64,000 bases of DNA, taken from NCBI RefSeq assembly GCF_009914755.1, contig NC_060948.1. One strand, given 5' to 3'. Shown here in pieces: positions 39,093-53,287 of the stretch; position 1 is the stretch's first letter, and every line of letters begins with the position of its first letter. This DNA comes from the human T2T-CHM13v2.0 reference genome, Homo sapiens. A program made the position numbers and the translations under genes. The notes under the pieces are model-generated. The model did no database searches. It was not told where the DNA came from and was given only the letters and a program-made list of their open reading frames with translations.

Positions 39093-42000
39093 TTAGAATG
39101 TAATGAACTTTAATGTAATGTACTCGAATGGATTCGACTGGAATGGAATGTTCTCGAAGTGAATGGACTCCAATGGAATGGATTCGAAAGGAATGGAATC
39201 TAATGGAATGGAATTAAATGGAAATGAATCAAATTGAATAGAACGGAATTGAATGGAATGGAATCGAATGCAATGGAATCTAATGAAACGGAAAGGAAAG
39301 GAATGGAATGGATTGGAATGGAATGTGCTGGAATTGAATGGAATCGAAACGAATGGAATGGAGTCGAACTGAAGAGACTGAAATGGAATGCACTGGAATG
39401 GAAGGGAGTGTAATGGAAGGTTCTCGAAAAAAATGGAATCGAAAGGAATGGAATTGAATGGAACGGAATAGAGTCGAATGGAATTCAATGGAATGGAATG
39501 GACTAGAGTGAAATGGAATCGAACCACAAGGAATGGACAGGAACAGAATGGTCTCGAATTGAATGGAATCGTATGGAATGGCATCAAACGGAATGGAATG
39601 GACAGCAACGGAATGGAATGCACTCGAATGCAATGGAGTCGACACTAATGGACTGGAATAGAATGGACTCGACTGGTACGGACTCCATTGAAATGGAATT
39701 GAATGGAAGGGAATGGAACGGAATGGACTCGAAGGGAAAAGACTGCAATGGAAAGGTCTCGAATGGAATGGAAATTAATGGAATGGAATGGAATCGAATG
39801 AAATGGAGTCAAAAGGAATGGAATCGAATGGCAAGAAATCGAATGTAATGGAATCGCAAGGAATTGATGTGAACGGAACGGAATCGAATGGAATCCAAAG
39901 GAATGGAATAGAATGGAATGGAATCGAATGGAAAGGACTCGAATGGAAATCACTCGAATAGAATGCAATTTAATAAAATAGGATCAAATGTAATGGAATG
40001 GAATGGAAAGGAATCGAAACGAAAGGAATGGAGACAGATGGAATGGAATGGAACAGAGAGCAATGGTATAGAATGGAATGGAATCATCTGGAATGGAATT
40101 GAATGGAATGGAATAATATGAAATGGAATGGAATGGAATGGAATGCCCTTGAATTAAATGGACTGGAATGGAATGGACTCAAACAGAGTGGAATGGAAAG
40201 TGTTGAAATAGAATGGAATGGACTCGTTTGGAATGGTCTAGTATGCAATGCAATCGACTGGCAGGGAATCAAGAGGAATGTAATCGAATGGATTGGACTG
40301 GAATGCAATGGACTCGAATAGATTGGAAACGGAATTCAAAGGAATGGAATGGAATAGTATGGAATGGAATGGAAAGGAATGGAGTGGAATAGACTAGAGT
40401 GGAATGGAATGGACTCGAAAGCAATGGACTGGAATGGAACTTTCTTGAATGGACTGGAATCAAACGGAATGGAATGCAATGCAATCAAATGGCATGGAAT
40501 AAAATAGAATGAAAGAGAATCAAATGGAATTGAATCGAATGGAATCGAATGGATTGGAAAGGAATAGAATGGAATGGAATGGAATTGACTCAAATGGAAT
40601 GGACTAGAATGGAATGGATTCGAATGGAAGGCAAAGGAATGGAATCTATTGGAATGGACTGTAATGGAATGGAATGGAAGGGATTGGAATGGACTCGAAT
40701 GGAATGGACTGCAATAGAAAGGATTCGAATGGAATGAAAAAGAATTGAATGGAATAGAACAGAATGGAATCAAATCGAATGAAATGGAATGGAATAGAAA
40801 GGAATGGAATGAAATGGAATGGAAAGGATTCGAATGGAATGCAATCGAATGGAATGGAATCGAACGGAATGGAATAAAATGGAAGAAAACTGGCAAGAAA
40901 TGGAATCGAAATGAATGGAGTTTTATGGAACGGACTCAAAAGGAATTGAATGTAATAGAATGGAGTGGAGTGGACTCGAATATAATGGACTGGAATGGAA
41001 TGAAATCACATGGAATGGGAACGAATGGAATGGAATGGAAAGGAATAGAATCGAATGGAAAGGAATCGAATGGAAGGGAATGAAATTGAATCAACAGGAA
41101 TGGAAGGGAATAGAATAGACGGTAATGGAATGGACTCGAATAGAATGGACACGAATGCTCAAATTGAATGGACTCGAATGGAATGGAAACGAAAGGAATG
41201 TCATCGAATGGAATTGAATCGATTGGAATGAAATCGCATAGAATGGAGTGGAATCAAATGGAATTGAATCGAAAGGAAAGGAAGCCAATGGACTGAAATG
41301 AAATGGAATGGAATGGAATGGAAAGTAATGCAATGGAATAGAATGGAACGAAATTTCACGGAATGGAATGAAACTGAATGGAATCAAATCAATGGAATCT
41401 AATCAAGTGGAATGGAAAGGAATTGAATGGAGTAGATTGGATTGGATGGGATTGGAATGAAATGTACTGGAAAGGACTCGAATTTCATGAAACGGAATGG
41501 AATGAATTGGAACGGAATGGACTCGAATGGAATGGAATGTCATGGAATGGCATCAAATGGAATGGCATCAAATGGAATGGAATCGAATGCAATGGAATGC
41601 TATGGAATGGAATGGAATGCATTGGAATGGAATGTTCTCTAATGGAATGGATTCGAGTGGAATGGAATCGAATATAATGGAGTCGAATGAAATGGAATTG
41701 AAAGGAATGGGATCGAATACAATGGAATATACTGGAATGTAATGTAATGAACTTGAATGTAATTGACTGGAATGGAATGTACATGAATGGAATGTAATCG
41801 AATGGAAAGTAATCCAATGGAATAGAATCTAATGCAATAAAATCGACTCAGATAGAGTAGAATGTAATGGAATGGAGTGCAGTGCAATGGAATGGAATGG
41901 AATGGAATGCAATGGAATGGAATGGAATGGAATGGAATGGAATGGAATGGAATGGAATGGTGTGGAATGGATACTAATGGACTGGAGTGAAATGGACTGG

Positions 42001-42636
42001 AAATGAATGGACTCAAATTGAAAGGGCTCGAAAGGAATGGAGTCAAATGGAATGGTCTGGAATGGAATGAACACGAATGTAATGCAATCCAATAGAATGG
42101 AATCGAATGGCATGGAATATAAAGAAATGGAATCGAAGAGAATGGAAATAAATGGAATGGAATTGAATGGAATGGAATTGAATGGAATGGGAACGAATGG
42201 AGTGAAATTGTATGCAGTAGAAGAGAATAGAATGGAATGCAAGCCAAAGGAAAGGAATGGATTGGAATGGAATGGAATTCATTGGAATGGAAGGGAATGT
42301 AGTGTAATGGACAGGCCTGGAATAAAGTGGAATGCTACGGTCTCGAATGGAATAAAAATGTATGGAATGGAATGCAATGAAACGGAATCGAATGTCATAG
42401 AATGTAATGGAATGCAAAAAAATGGAATCCAAAATCATTGACTGGAAAGGCTGGATGTCGAAAGGAATTGACTCCAATGGAATGGAATCGAATGGAATGG
42501 AAGTGAATAGAATCGAACTAAATCGAATGGAATGGAATTGATAGGAACGGAATGGAAAGGAATGCAATGATTTGGCATGGAATGGAAACGAATGGTATCT
42601 AATGGAATGGAATGGAATGTAATGGAATGGAATGTA
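39093..42636 (+). repeat. DYZ1 unit 12 (3544 bp, mosaic)
   Basis: SalI site retained; B markers in the second half. Confidence 0.9.
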
Positions 42637-45600
42637 TTAGAATGTAATGAACTTTAATGGAATGTACTCGAATGGATTCGACTGGAATGGAATGTTCTGG
42701 AAGTGAATGGACTCCAATGGAATGGATTGAAACGGAATGGAATCGTACGGAATGGAATCTAATGGAATGGAATTAAATGGAAATGAATCAAATTGAATAG
42801 AACGGAATTGAATTGAATGGAATGGAATGCAATGGAATCTAATGAAACGGAAAGGAAAGGAATGGAATGGAATGGAATGGGCTGGAATGGAAAGGAATCG
42901 AAACGAATGGAATGGAATCGAACTGAAGAGACTGGAATGGAATGCACTGGAATGGAAGGGAGTGTAATGGAAGGTTCTCGAAAAAAATGGAATCGAATGG
43001 AATGGAATTGAATGGAACGGAATAGAGTCGAATGGAATTGAATGGAATGGAATGGACTAGAGTGAAATGGAATCGAACCACAAGGAATGGACAGGAATAG
43101 AATGGTCTCGAATTGAATGGAATCGTATGGAATGGCATCAAACGGAATGGAATGGACAGCCACGGAATGGAATGCACTCGAATGCAATGGAGTCGAAACT
43201 AATGGATGGAATAGAATGGACTTGACTGGTACGGACTCCAATGGAATGGAATCGAATGGAAGGGAATCGAACGGAATGGACTCGAAGGGAAAAGACTGCA
43301 ATGGAAAGGTCTCCAATGGAATGGAAATTAATGGAATGGAATGGAATCGAATGAAATGGAGTCAAAAGGAATGGAATCGAATGGCAAGAAATCGAATGTA
43401 ATGGAATCGCAAGGAATTGATGTGAACTGAACGGAATGGAATGGAATCCAAAGGAATGGAATAGAATGGAATGGAATCGAATGGAAAGGACTCGAATGGA
43501 AATCACTCGAATAGAATGCAATTTAATAAAATAGGATTAAATGTAATGGAATGGAATGGAAAGGAATCGAAACGAAAGGAATGGAGACAGATGGAATGGA
43601 ATGGAACAGAGAGCAATGGTATAGAATGGAATGGAATCATCTGGAATGGAATTGAATGGAATGGAATAATATGAAATGGAATGGAATGGAATGGAATGGA
43701 ATGCCCTTGAATTAAATGGACTGGAATGGAATGGACTCGAACAGAGTGGAATGGAAAGTGTTGAGATAGAATGGAATGGACTCCTTCGGAATGGTGTAGT
43801 ATGCAATGCAATCGACTGGCAGGGAATCAAAAGGAATGTAATGGAATGGATTGGACTGGAATGCAATGGACTCGAATAGATTGGAAACGGAATGCAAAGG
43901 AATGGAATGGAATAGTATGGAATGGAATGGAAAGGAATGGAGTGGAATAGACTAGAGTGGAATGGAATGGACTGGAAAGCAATGGACTGGAATGGAACTT
44001 TCTTGAATGGACTGGAATCAAACGGAATGGAATGCAATGCAATCAAATGGCATAGAATAAGATAGAATGAAAGAGAATCAAATGGAATTGAATGGAATGG
44101 AATCAAATGGATTGGAAAGGAATAGAATGGAATGGAATGGAATTGACTCAAATGGAATGGACTAGAATGGAATGGATTCGAATGGAAGGCAAAGGAATGG
44201 AATCTATTGGAATGTACTGTAATGGAATGCAATGGAAGGGATTGGAATGGACTCGAATGGAATGGACTGCAATAGAAAGGATTCGAATGGAATGAAAAAG
44301 AATTGAATGGAATAGAACAGAATGGAATCAAATCGAATGAAATGGAATGGAATAGAAAGGAATGGAATGAAATGGAATGGAAAGGATTCGAATGGAATGC
44401 AAACGAATGGAATGGAATCGAACGGAATGGAATAAAATGGAAGAAAACTGGCAAGAAATGGAATCGAAATGAATGGAGTGTTATGGAAGGGACTCAAAAG
44501 GAATTGAATGTAATAGAATGGAGTGGAGTGGACTCGAATATAATGGACTGGAATGGAATGAAATCACATGGAATGGGAACGAATGGAATGGAATGGAAAG
44601 GAATGGAATCGAATGGAAAGGAATCGATTGGAAGGGAATGAAATTGAACCAACAGGAATGGAAGGGATTAGAATAGACCGTAATGGAATGGACTCGAATA
44701 GAATGGACACGAATGCTCAAATTGAATGGACTCGAATGGAATGGAAACGAAAGGAATGTCATCGAATGGAATTGAATCGATTGGAATGAAATCGCATAGA
44801 ATGGAGTGGAATCAAATGGAATTGAATCGAAAGGAAAGGAAGCGAATGGACTGAAATGAAATGGAATGGAATTGAATGGAAAGTAATGCAATGGAATAGA
44901 ATGGAACGAAATTTCACGGAATGGAATCAAACTGAATGGAATCAAATCAATGGAATCAAATCAAATGGAATGGAAAGGAATTGAATGGAGTAGATTGGAT
45001 TGGATGGGATTGGAATGAAATGTACTGGAAAGGACTCGAATTTCATGAAACGGAATGGAATGAATTGGAACGGAATGGACTCGAATGGAATGGAATGTCA
45101 TGGAATGGCATCAAATGGAATGGCATCAAATGGAATGGAATCGAATGCAATGGAATGCTATGGAATGGAATGGAATGCATTGGAATGGAATGTCCTCTAA
45201 TGGAATGGATTCGAGTGGAATGGAATCGAATATAATGGAGTCGAATGAAATGGAATTGAAAAGAATGGGATCGAATACAATGGAATATACTGGAATGTAA
45301 TGTAATGAACACGAATGTAATTGTCTGGAATGGAATGTATATGAATGGAATGTAATCGAATGGAAAGTAATCCAATGGAATAGAATCTAATGCAATAAAA
45401 TCGACTCAGATAGAGTAGAATGTAATGGAATGGAGTGCAGTGCAATGGAATGGAATGGAATGGAATGCAATGGAATGGAATGGAATGGAATGGAATGGGA
45501 TGGAATGGTATGGAATGGATAGTAATGGACTGGAGTGAAATGGACTGGAAAGGAATGGACTCAAATTGAAAGGGCTCGAAAGGAATGGAGACAAACGGAA

Positions 45601-46184
45601 TGGTATGGAATGGAATGAACACGAATGTAATGCAATCCAATAGAATGGAGTCGAATGGCATGGAATATAAAGAAATGGAATCGAAGAGAATAGAAACAAA
45701 TGGAATGGAATTGAATGGAATGGAATTGAATGGAATGGGAACGAATGGAGTGAAATTGTATGCACTAGAAGAGAATAGAATGGAATGCAAGTGAAAGGAA
45801 AGGAATGGATTGGAATGGAAAGGAATTCATTGGAATGGAAGGGAATGTAGTGTAATGGACAGGCCTGGAATAAAGTGGAATGCTACGGTCTCGAGTGGAA
45901 TAAAAATGTATGGATTGGAATGCAATGAAACGGAATCGAATGTCATAGAATGTAATGGAATGCAAAAAAATGGAATCCAAAATCATTGACTGGAAAGGCT
46001 GGGTGTCGAAAGGAATTGACTCCAATGGAATGGAATCGAATGGAATGGAAGTGAATAGAATCGAACTAAATCGAATGGAATGGAATTGATAGGAACGGAA
46101 TGGAAAGGAATGCAATGATTTGGCATGGAATGGAATCGAATGGCATCGAATGGAATGGAATGGAATGCAATGGAATGGAATGTA
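42637..46184 (+). repeat. DYZ1 unit 13 (3548 bp, subtype B)
   Basis: CGTACG insertion; 1-bp deletion at about 43206. Confidence 0.9.
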
Positions 46185-49100
46185 TTAGAATGTAATGAAC
46201 TTTAATGGAATGTACTCGAAAGGATTTGACTGGAATGGAATGTTCTGGAAGTGAATGGACTCCAATGGAATGGATTCGAAAGGAATGGAATCGTACGGAA
46301 TGGAATCTAATGGAATGGAATTAAATGGAAATGAATCAAATTGAATAGCACGGAATTGAATTGAATGGAATGGAATGCAATGGAATCTAATGAAACGGAA
46401 AGGAAAGGAATGCAATGGAATGGAATGGGCTGGAATGGAAAGGAATCGAAACGAATGGAATGGAATCGAACTGAAGAGACTGGAATGGAATGCACTGGAA
46501 TGGAAGGGAGTGTAATGGAATGTTCTCGAAAAAAATGGAATCGAATGGAATGGAATTGAGTGGAACGGAATAGAGTCGAATGGAATTGAATGGAATGGAA
46601 TGGACTAGAGTGAAATGGAATCGAACCACAAGGAATGGACAGGAATAGAATGGTCTCGAATTGAATGGAATCGTATGGAATGGCATCAAACGGAATGGAA
46701 TGGACAGCCACGGAATGGAATGCACTCGAATGCAATGGAGTCGAAACTAATGGACTGGAATAGAATGGACTCGACTGGTACGGACTCCAATGGAATGGAA
46801 TCGAATGGAAGGGAATCGAACGGAATGGACTCGAAGGGAAAAGACTGCAATGGAACGGTCTCGAATGGAATGGAAATTAATGGAATGGAATGGAATCGAA
46901 TGAAATGGAGTCAAAAGGAATGGAATCGAATGGCAAGAAATCGAATGTAATGGAATCGCAAGGAATTGATGTGAACGGAACGGAATGGAATGGAATCCAA
47001 AGGAATGGAATAGAATGGAATGGAATCGAATGGAAAGGACTCGAATGGAAATCACTCGAATAGAATGCAATTTAATAAAATAGGATCAAATGTAATGGAA
47101 TGGAATGGAAAGGAATCGAAACGAAAGGAATGGAGACAGATGGAATGGAATGGAACAGATAGCAATGGTATACAATGGAATGGAATCATCTGGAATGGAA
47201 TTGAATGGAATGGAATAATATGAAATGGAATGGAATGGAATGGAATGGAATGCCCTTGAATTAAATGGACTGGACTCGAACAGAGTGGAATGGAAAGTGT
47301 TGAGATAGAATGGAATGGACTCCTTTGGAATGGTCTAGTATGCAATGCAATCGACTGGCAGGGAATCAAAAGGAATGTAATGGAATGGATTGGACTGGAA
47401 TGCAATGGACTCGAATAGATTGGAAACGGAATGCAAAGGAATGGAATGGAATAGTATGGAATGGAATGGAAAGGAATGGAGTGGAATAGACTAGAGTGGA
47501 ATGGAATGGACTGGAAAGCAATGGACTGGAATGAAACTTTCTTGAATGGACTGGAATCAAACGGAATGGAATGCAATGCAATCAAATTTCATGGAATAAG
47601 ATAGAATGAAAGAGAATCAAATGGAATTGAATCGAATGGAATCGAATGGATTGGAAAGGAAGAGAATGGAATGGAATGGAATTGACTCAAATGGAATGGA
47701 CTAGAATGGAATGGATTCGAATGGAAGGCAAAGGAATGGAATCTATTGGAATGGACTGTAATGGAATGGAATGGAAGGGATTGGAATGGACTCGAATGGA
47801 ATGGACTGCAATAGAAAGGATTCGAATGGAATGAAAAAGAATTGAATGGAATAGAACAGAATGGAATCAAATCGAATGAAATGGAATGGAATAGAAAGGA
47901 ATGGAATGAAATGGAATGGAAAGGATTCGAATGGAATGGAATCGAATGGAATGGAATCGAACGGAATGGAATAAAATGGAAGAAAACTGGCAAGAAATGG
48001 AATCGAAATGAATGGAGTGTTATGGAACGGACTCAAAAGGAATTGAATGTAATAGAATGGAGTGGAGTGGACTCGAATATAATGGACTGGAATGGAATGA
48101 AATCACATGGAATGGGAACGAATGGAATGGAAAGGAATGGAATCGAATGTAAAGGAATCGAACGGAAGGGAATGAAATTGAATCAACAGGAATGGAAGGG
48201 AATAGAATAGACTGTAATGGAATGGACACGAATAGAATGGACACGAATGCTCAAATTGAATGGACTCGAATGGAATGGAAAGGAAAGGAAAGTCATCGAA
48301 TGGAATTGAATCGATTGGAATGAAATCGCATAGAATGGAGTGGAATCAAATGGAATTGAATCGAAAGGAAAGGAAGCGAATGGACTGAAATGAAATGGAA
48401 TGGAATTGAATGGAAAGTAATGCAATGGAATAGAATGGAACGAAATTTCACGGAATGGAATCAAACTGAATGGAATCAAATCAATGGAATCTAATCAAAT
48501 GGAATGGAAAGGAATTGAATGGAGTATATTGGATTGGATGGGATTGGAATGAAATGTACTGGAAAGGACTCGAATTTCATGAAACGGAATGGAATGAATT
48601 GGAACGGAATGGACTCGAATGGAATGGAATGACATGGAATGGCATCAAATGGAATGGCATCAAATGGAATGGAATCGAATACAATGGAATGCTATGGAAT
48701 GGAATGGAATGCATTGGAATGGAATGTCCTCTAATGGAATGGATTCGAGTGGAATGGAATCGAATATAATGGAGTCGAATGAAATGGAATTGAAAGGAAT
48801 GGGATCGAATAGAATGGAATATACTGGAATGTAATGTAATGAACTCGAATGTAATTGACTGGAATGGAATGTACATGAATGGAATGTAATCGAATGGAAA
48901 GTAATCCAATGGAATAGAATCTAATGCAATAAAATCGACTCAGATAGAGTAGAATGTAATGGAATGGAGTGCAGTGCAATGGAATGGAATGGAATGGAAT
49001 GCAATGGAATGGAATGGAATGGAATGGAATGGAATGGAATGGGATGGAATGGGATGGAATGGTATGGAATGGATAGTAATGGACTGGAGTGAAATGGACT

Positions 49101-49738
49101 GGAAAGGAATGGACTCAAATTGAAAGGGCTCGAAAGGAATGGAGACAAATGAAATGGTCTGGAATGGAATGAACACGAATGTAATGCAATCCAATAGAAT
49201 GGAGTCGAATGGCATGGAATATAAAGAAATGGAATCGAAGAGAATGGAAACAAATGGAATGGAATTGAATGGAATGGAATTGAATGGAATGGGAACGAAT
49301 GGAGTGAAATTGTATGCAGTAGAAGAGAATAGAATGGAATTCAAGCGAAAGGAAAGGAATGGATTGGAATGGAATAGAATTCATTGGAATGGAAGGGAAT
49401 GTAGTGTAATGGACAGGCCTGGAATAAAGTGGAATGCTACGGTCTCGAATGGAATAAAAATGTATGGAATGGAATGCAATGAAACGGAATCGAATGTCAT
49501 CGAATGTAATGGAATGCAAAAAAATGGACTCCAAAATCATTGACTGGAAAGGCTGGGTGTCGAAAGGAATTGACTCCAATGGAATGGAATCGAATGGAAT
49601 GGAAGTGAATAGAATCAAACTAAATCGAATGGAATGGAATTGATAGGAACGGAATGGAAAGGAATGCAATGATTTGGCATGGAATGGAATCGAATGGCAT
49701 CAAATGGAATGGAATGGAATGCAATGGAATGGAATGTA
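46185..49738 (+). repeat. DYZ1 unit 14 (3554 bp, subtype B)
   Basis: B markers; first two-thirds share private variants with unit 9. Confidence 0.9.
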
Positions 49739-52700
49739 TTAGAATATAATGAACTTTAATGGAATGTACTCGAATGGATTCGACTGGAATGGAATGTTCT
49801 GGAAGTGAATGGACTCCAATGGAATGGATTCCAAAGGAATGGAATCGTACGGAATGGAATCTAATGGAATGGAATTAAATGGAAATGAATCAAATTGAAT
49901 AGCACGGAATTGAATTGAATGGAATGGAATGCAATGGAATCTAATGAAACGGAAAGGAAAGGAATGCAATGGAATGGAATGGGCTGGAATGGAAAGGAAT
50001 CGAAACGAATGGAATGGAATCGAACTGAAGAGACTGGAATGGAAAGCACTGGAATGGAAGGGAGTGTAATGGAAGGTTCTCGAAAAAAATGGAATCGAAT
50101 GGAATGCAATTGAATGGAACGGAATAGAGTCGAATGCAATTGAATGGAATGGAATGGACTAGAGTGAAATGGAATCGAACCACAAGGAATGGACAGGAAT
50201 AGAATGGTCTCGAATTGAATGGAATCGTATGGAATGGCATCAAACGAAATGGAATGGACAGCCACGGAATGGAATGCACTCGAATGCAATGGAGTCGAAA
50301 CTAATGGACTGGAATAGAATGGACTCGACTGGTAAGGACTCCAATGGAATGGAATCGAATGGAAGGGAAACGAACGGAATGGACTCGAAGGGAAAAGACT
50401 GCAATGGAAAGGTCTCGAATGGAATGGAAATTAATGGAATGGAATGGAATCCAATGAAATGGAGTCAAAAGGAATGGAATCGAATGGCAAGAAATCGAAT
50501 GTAATGGAATCGCAAGGAATTGATGTGAACGGAACGGAATGGAATGGAATCCAAAGGAATGGAATAGAATGGAATGGAATCGAATGGAAAGGACTCGAAT
50601 GGAAATCACTCGAATAGAATGCAATTTAATAAAATAGGATCAAATGTAATGGAATGGAATGGAAAGGAATCGAAACGAAAGGAATGGAGACCGATGGAAT
50701 GGAATGGAACAGAGAGCAATGGTATAGAATGGAATGGAATCATCTGGAATGGAATTGAATGGAATGGAATAATATGAAATGGAATGGAATGGAATGGAAT
50801 GGAATGCCCTTGAATTAAATGGACTGGAATGGAATGGACTCGAACAGAGTGGAATGGAAAGTGTTGAGATAGAATGGAATGGACTCCTTTGGAATGGTGT
50901 AGTATGCAATGTAATCGACTGGCAGGGAATCAAAAGGAATGTAATCGAATGGATTGGACTGGAATGCAATGGACTCGAATAGATTGGAAACGGAATGCAA
51001 AGGAATGGAATGGAATAGTATGGAATGGAATGGAATGGAATGGAGTGGAATAGACTAGAGTGGAATGGAATGGACTGGAAAGCAATGGACTGGAATGGAA
51101 CTTTCTTGAATGGACTGGAATCAAACGGAATGGAATGCAATGCAATCAAATGGCATGGAATAAAATAGAATGAAAGAGAATCAAATGGAATTGAATCGAA
51201 TGGAATCGAATGGATTGGAAAGGAATAGAATGGAATGGAATGGAATTGACTCAAATGGAATGGACTAGAATGGAATGGATTCGAATGGAAGGCAAAGGAA
51301 TGGAATCTATTGGAATGGACTGTAATGGAATGGAATGGAAGGGATTGGAATGGACTCGAATGGAATGGACTGCAATAGAAAGGATTCGAATGGAATGAAA
51401 AAGAATTGAATGGAATAGAACAGAATGGAATCAAATCGAATGAAATGGAATGGAATAGAAAGGAATGGAATGAAATGGAATGGAAAGGATTCGAATGGAA
51501 TGCAATCGAATGGAATGGAATCGAACGGAATGGAATAAAATGGAAGAAAACTGGCAAGAAATGGAATCGAAATGAATGGAGTGTTATGGAACGGACTCAA
51601 AAGGAATTGAATGTAATAGAATGGAGTGGAGTGGACTCGAATATAATGGACTGGAATGGAATGAAATCACATGGAATGGGAACGAATGGAATGGAATGGA
51701 AAGGAATGGAATCGAATGGAAAGGAATCGAATGGAAGGGAATGAAATTGAATCAACAGGAATGGAAGGGAATAGAATAGACGGTAATGGAATGGACTCGA
51801 ATAGAATGGACACGAATGCTCAAATTGAATGGACTCGAAAGGAATGGAAAGGAAAGGAATGTCATCGAATGGAATTGAATCGATTGGAATGAAATCGCAT
51901 AGAATGGAGTGGAATCAAATGGAATTGAATCGAAAGGAAAGGAAGCGAATGGACTGAAATGAAATGGAATGGAATTGAATGGAAAGTAATGCAATGGAAT
52001 AGAATGGAACGAAATTTCACGGAATGGAATCAAACTGAATGGAATCAAATCAATGGAATCTAATCAAATGGAATGGAAAGGAATTGAATGGAGTAGATTG
52101 GATTGGATGGGATTGGAATGAAATGTACTGGAAAGGACTCGAATTTCATGAAACGGAATGGAATGAATTGGAACGGAATGGACTCGAATGGAATGGAATG
52201 TCATCGAATGGCATCAAATGGAATGGCATCAAATGGAATGGAATCGAATGCAATGGAATGCTATGGAATGGAATGGAATGCATTGGAATGGAATGTCCTC
52301 TAATGGAATGGATTCGAGTGGAATGGAATCGAATATAATGGAGTCGAATGAAATGGAATTGAAAAGAATGGGATCGAATACAATGGAATATACTGGAATG
52401 TAATGTAATGAACTCGAATGTAATTGACTGGAATGGAATGTACATGAATGGAATGTAATCGAATAGAAAGTAATCCAATGGAATAGAATGTAATGCAATA
52501 AAATCGACTCAGATAGAGTAGAATGTAATGGAATGGAGTGTAGTGCAATGGAATGGAATGGAATGGAATGCAATGGAATGGAATGGAATGGAATGGAATG
52601 GGATGGAATGGTATGGAATGGATAGTAATGGACTGGAGTGAAATGGACTGGAAAGGAATGGACTCAAATTGAAAGGGCTCGAAAGGAATGGAGACAAATG

Positions 52701-53287
52701 GAATGGTCTGGAATGGAATGAACACGAATGTAATGCAATCCAATAGAATGGAGTCGAATGGCAGGGAATATAAAGAAATGGAATCGAAGAGAATGGAAAC
52801 AAATGGAATGGAATTGAATGGAATGGAATTGAATGGAATGGGAACGAATGGAGTGAAATTGTATGCAGTAGAAGAGAATAGAATGGAATGCAAGCGAAAG
52901 GAAAGGAATGGATTGGAATGGAATGGAATTCATTGGAATGGAAGGGAATGTAGTGTAATGGACAGGCCTGGAATAAAGTGGAATGCTACGGTCTCGAATG
53001 GAATAAAAATGTATGGAATGGAATGCAATGAAACGGAATCGAATGTCATAGAATGTAATGGAATGCAAAAAAATGGAATCCAAAATCATTGACTGGAAAG
53101 GCTGGGTGTCGAAAGGAATTGACTCCAATGGAATGGAATCGAATGGAATGGAAGTGAATAGAATCAAACTAAATCGAATGGAATGGAATTGATAGGAACG
53201 GAATGGAAAGGAATGCAATGATTTGGCATGGAATGGAATCGAATGGCATCAAATGGAATGGAATGGAATGCAATGGAATGGAATGTA
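49739..53287 (+). repeat. DYZ1 unit 15 (3549 bp, subtype B)
   Basis: Landmark to landmark; B markers present. Confidence 0.9.
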
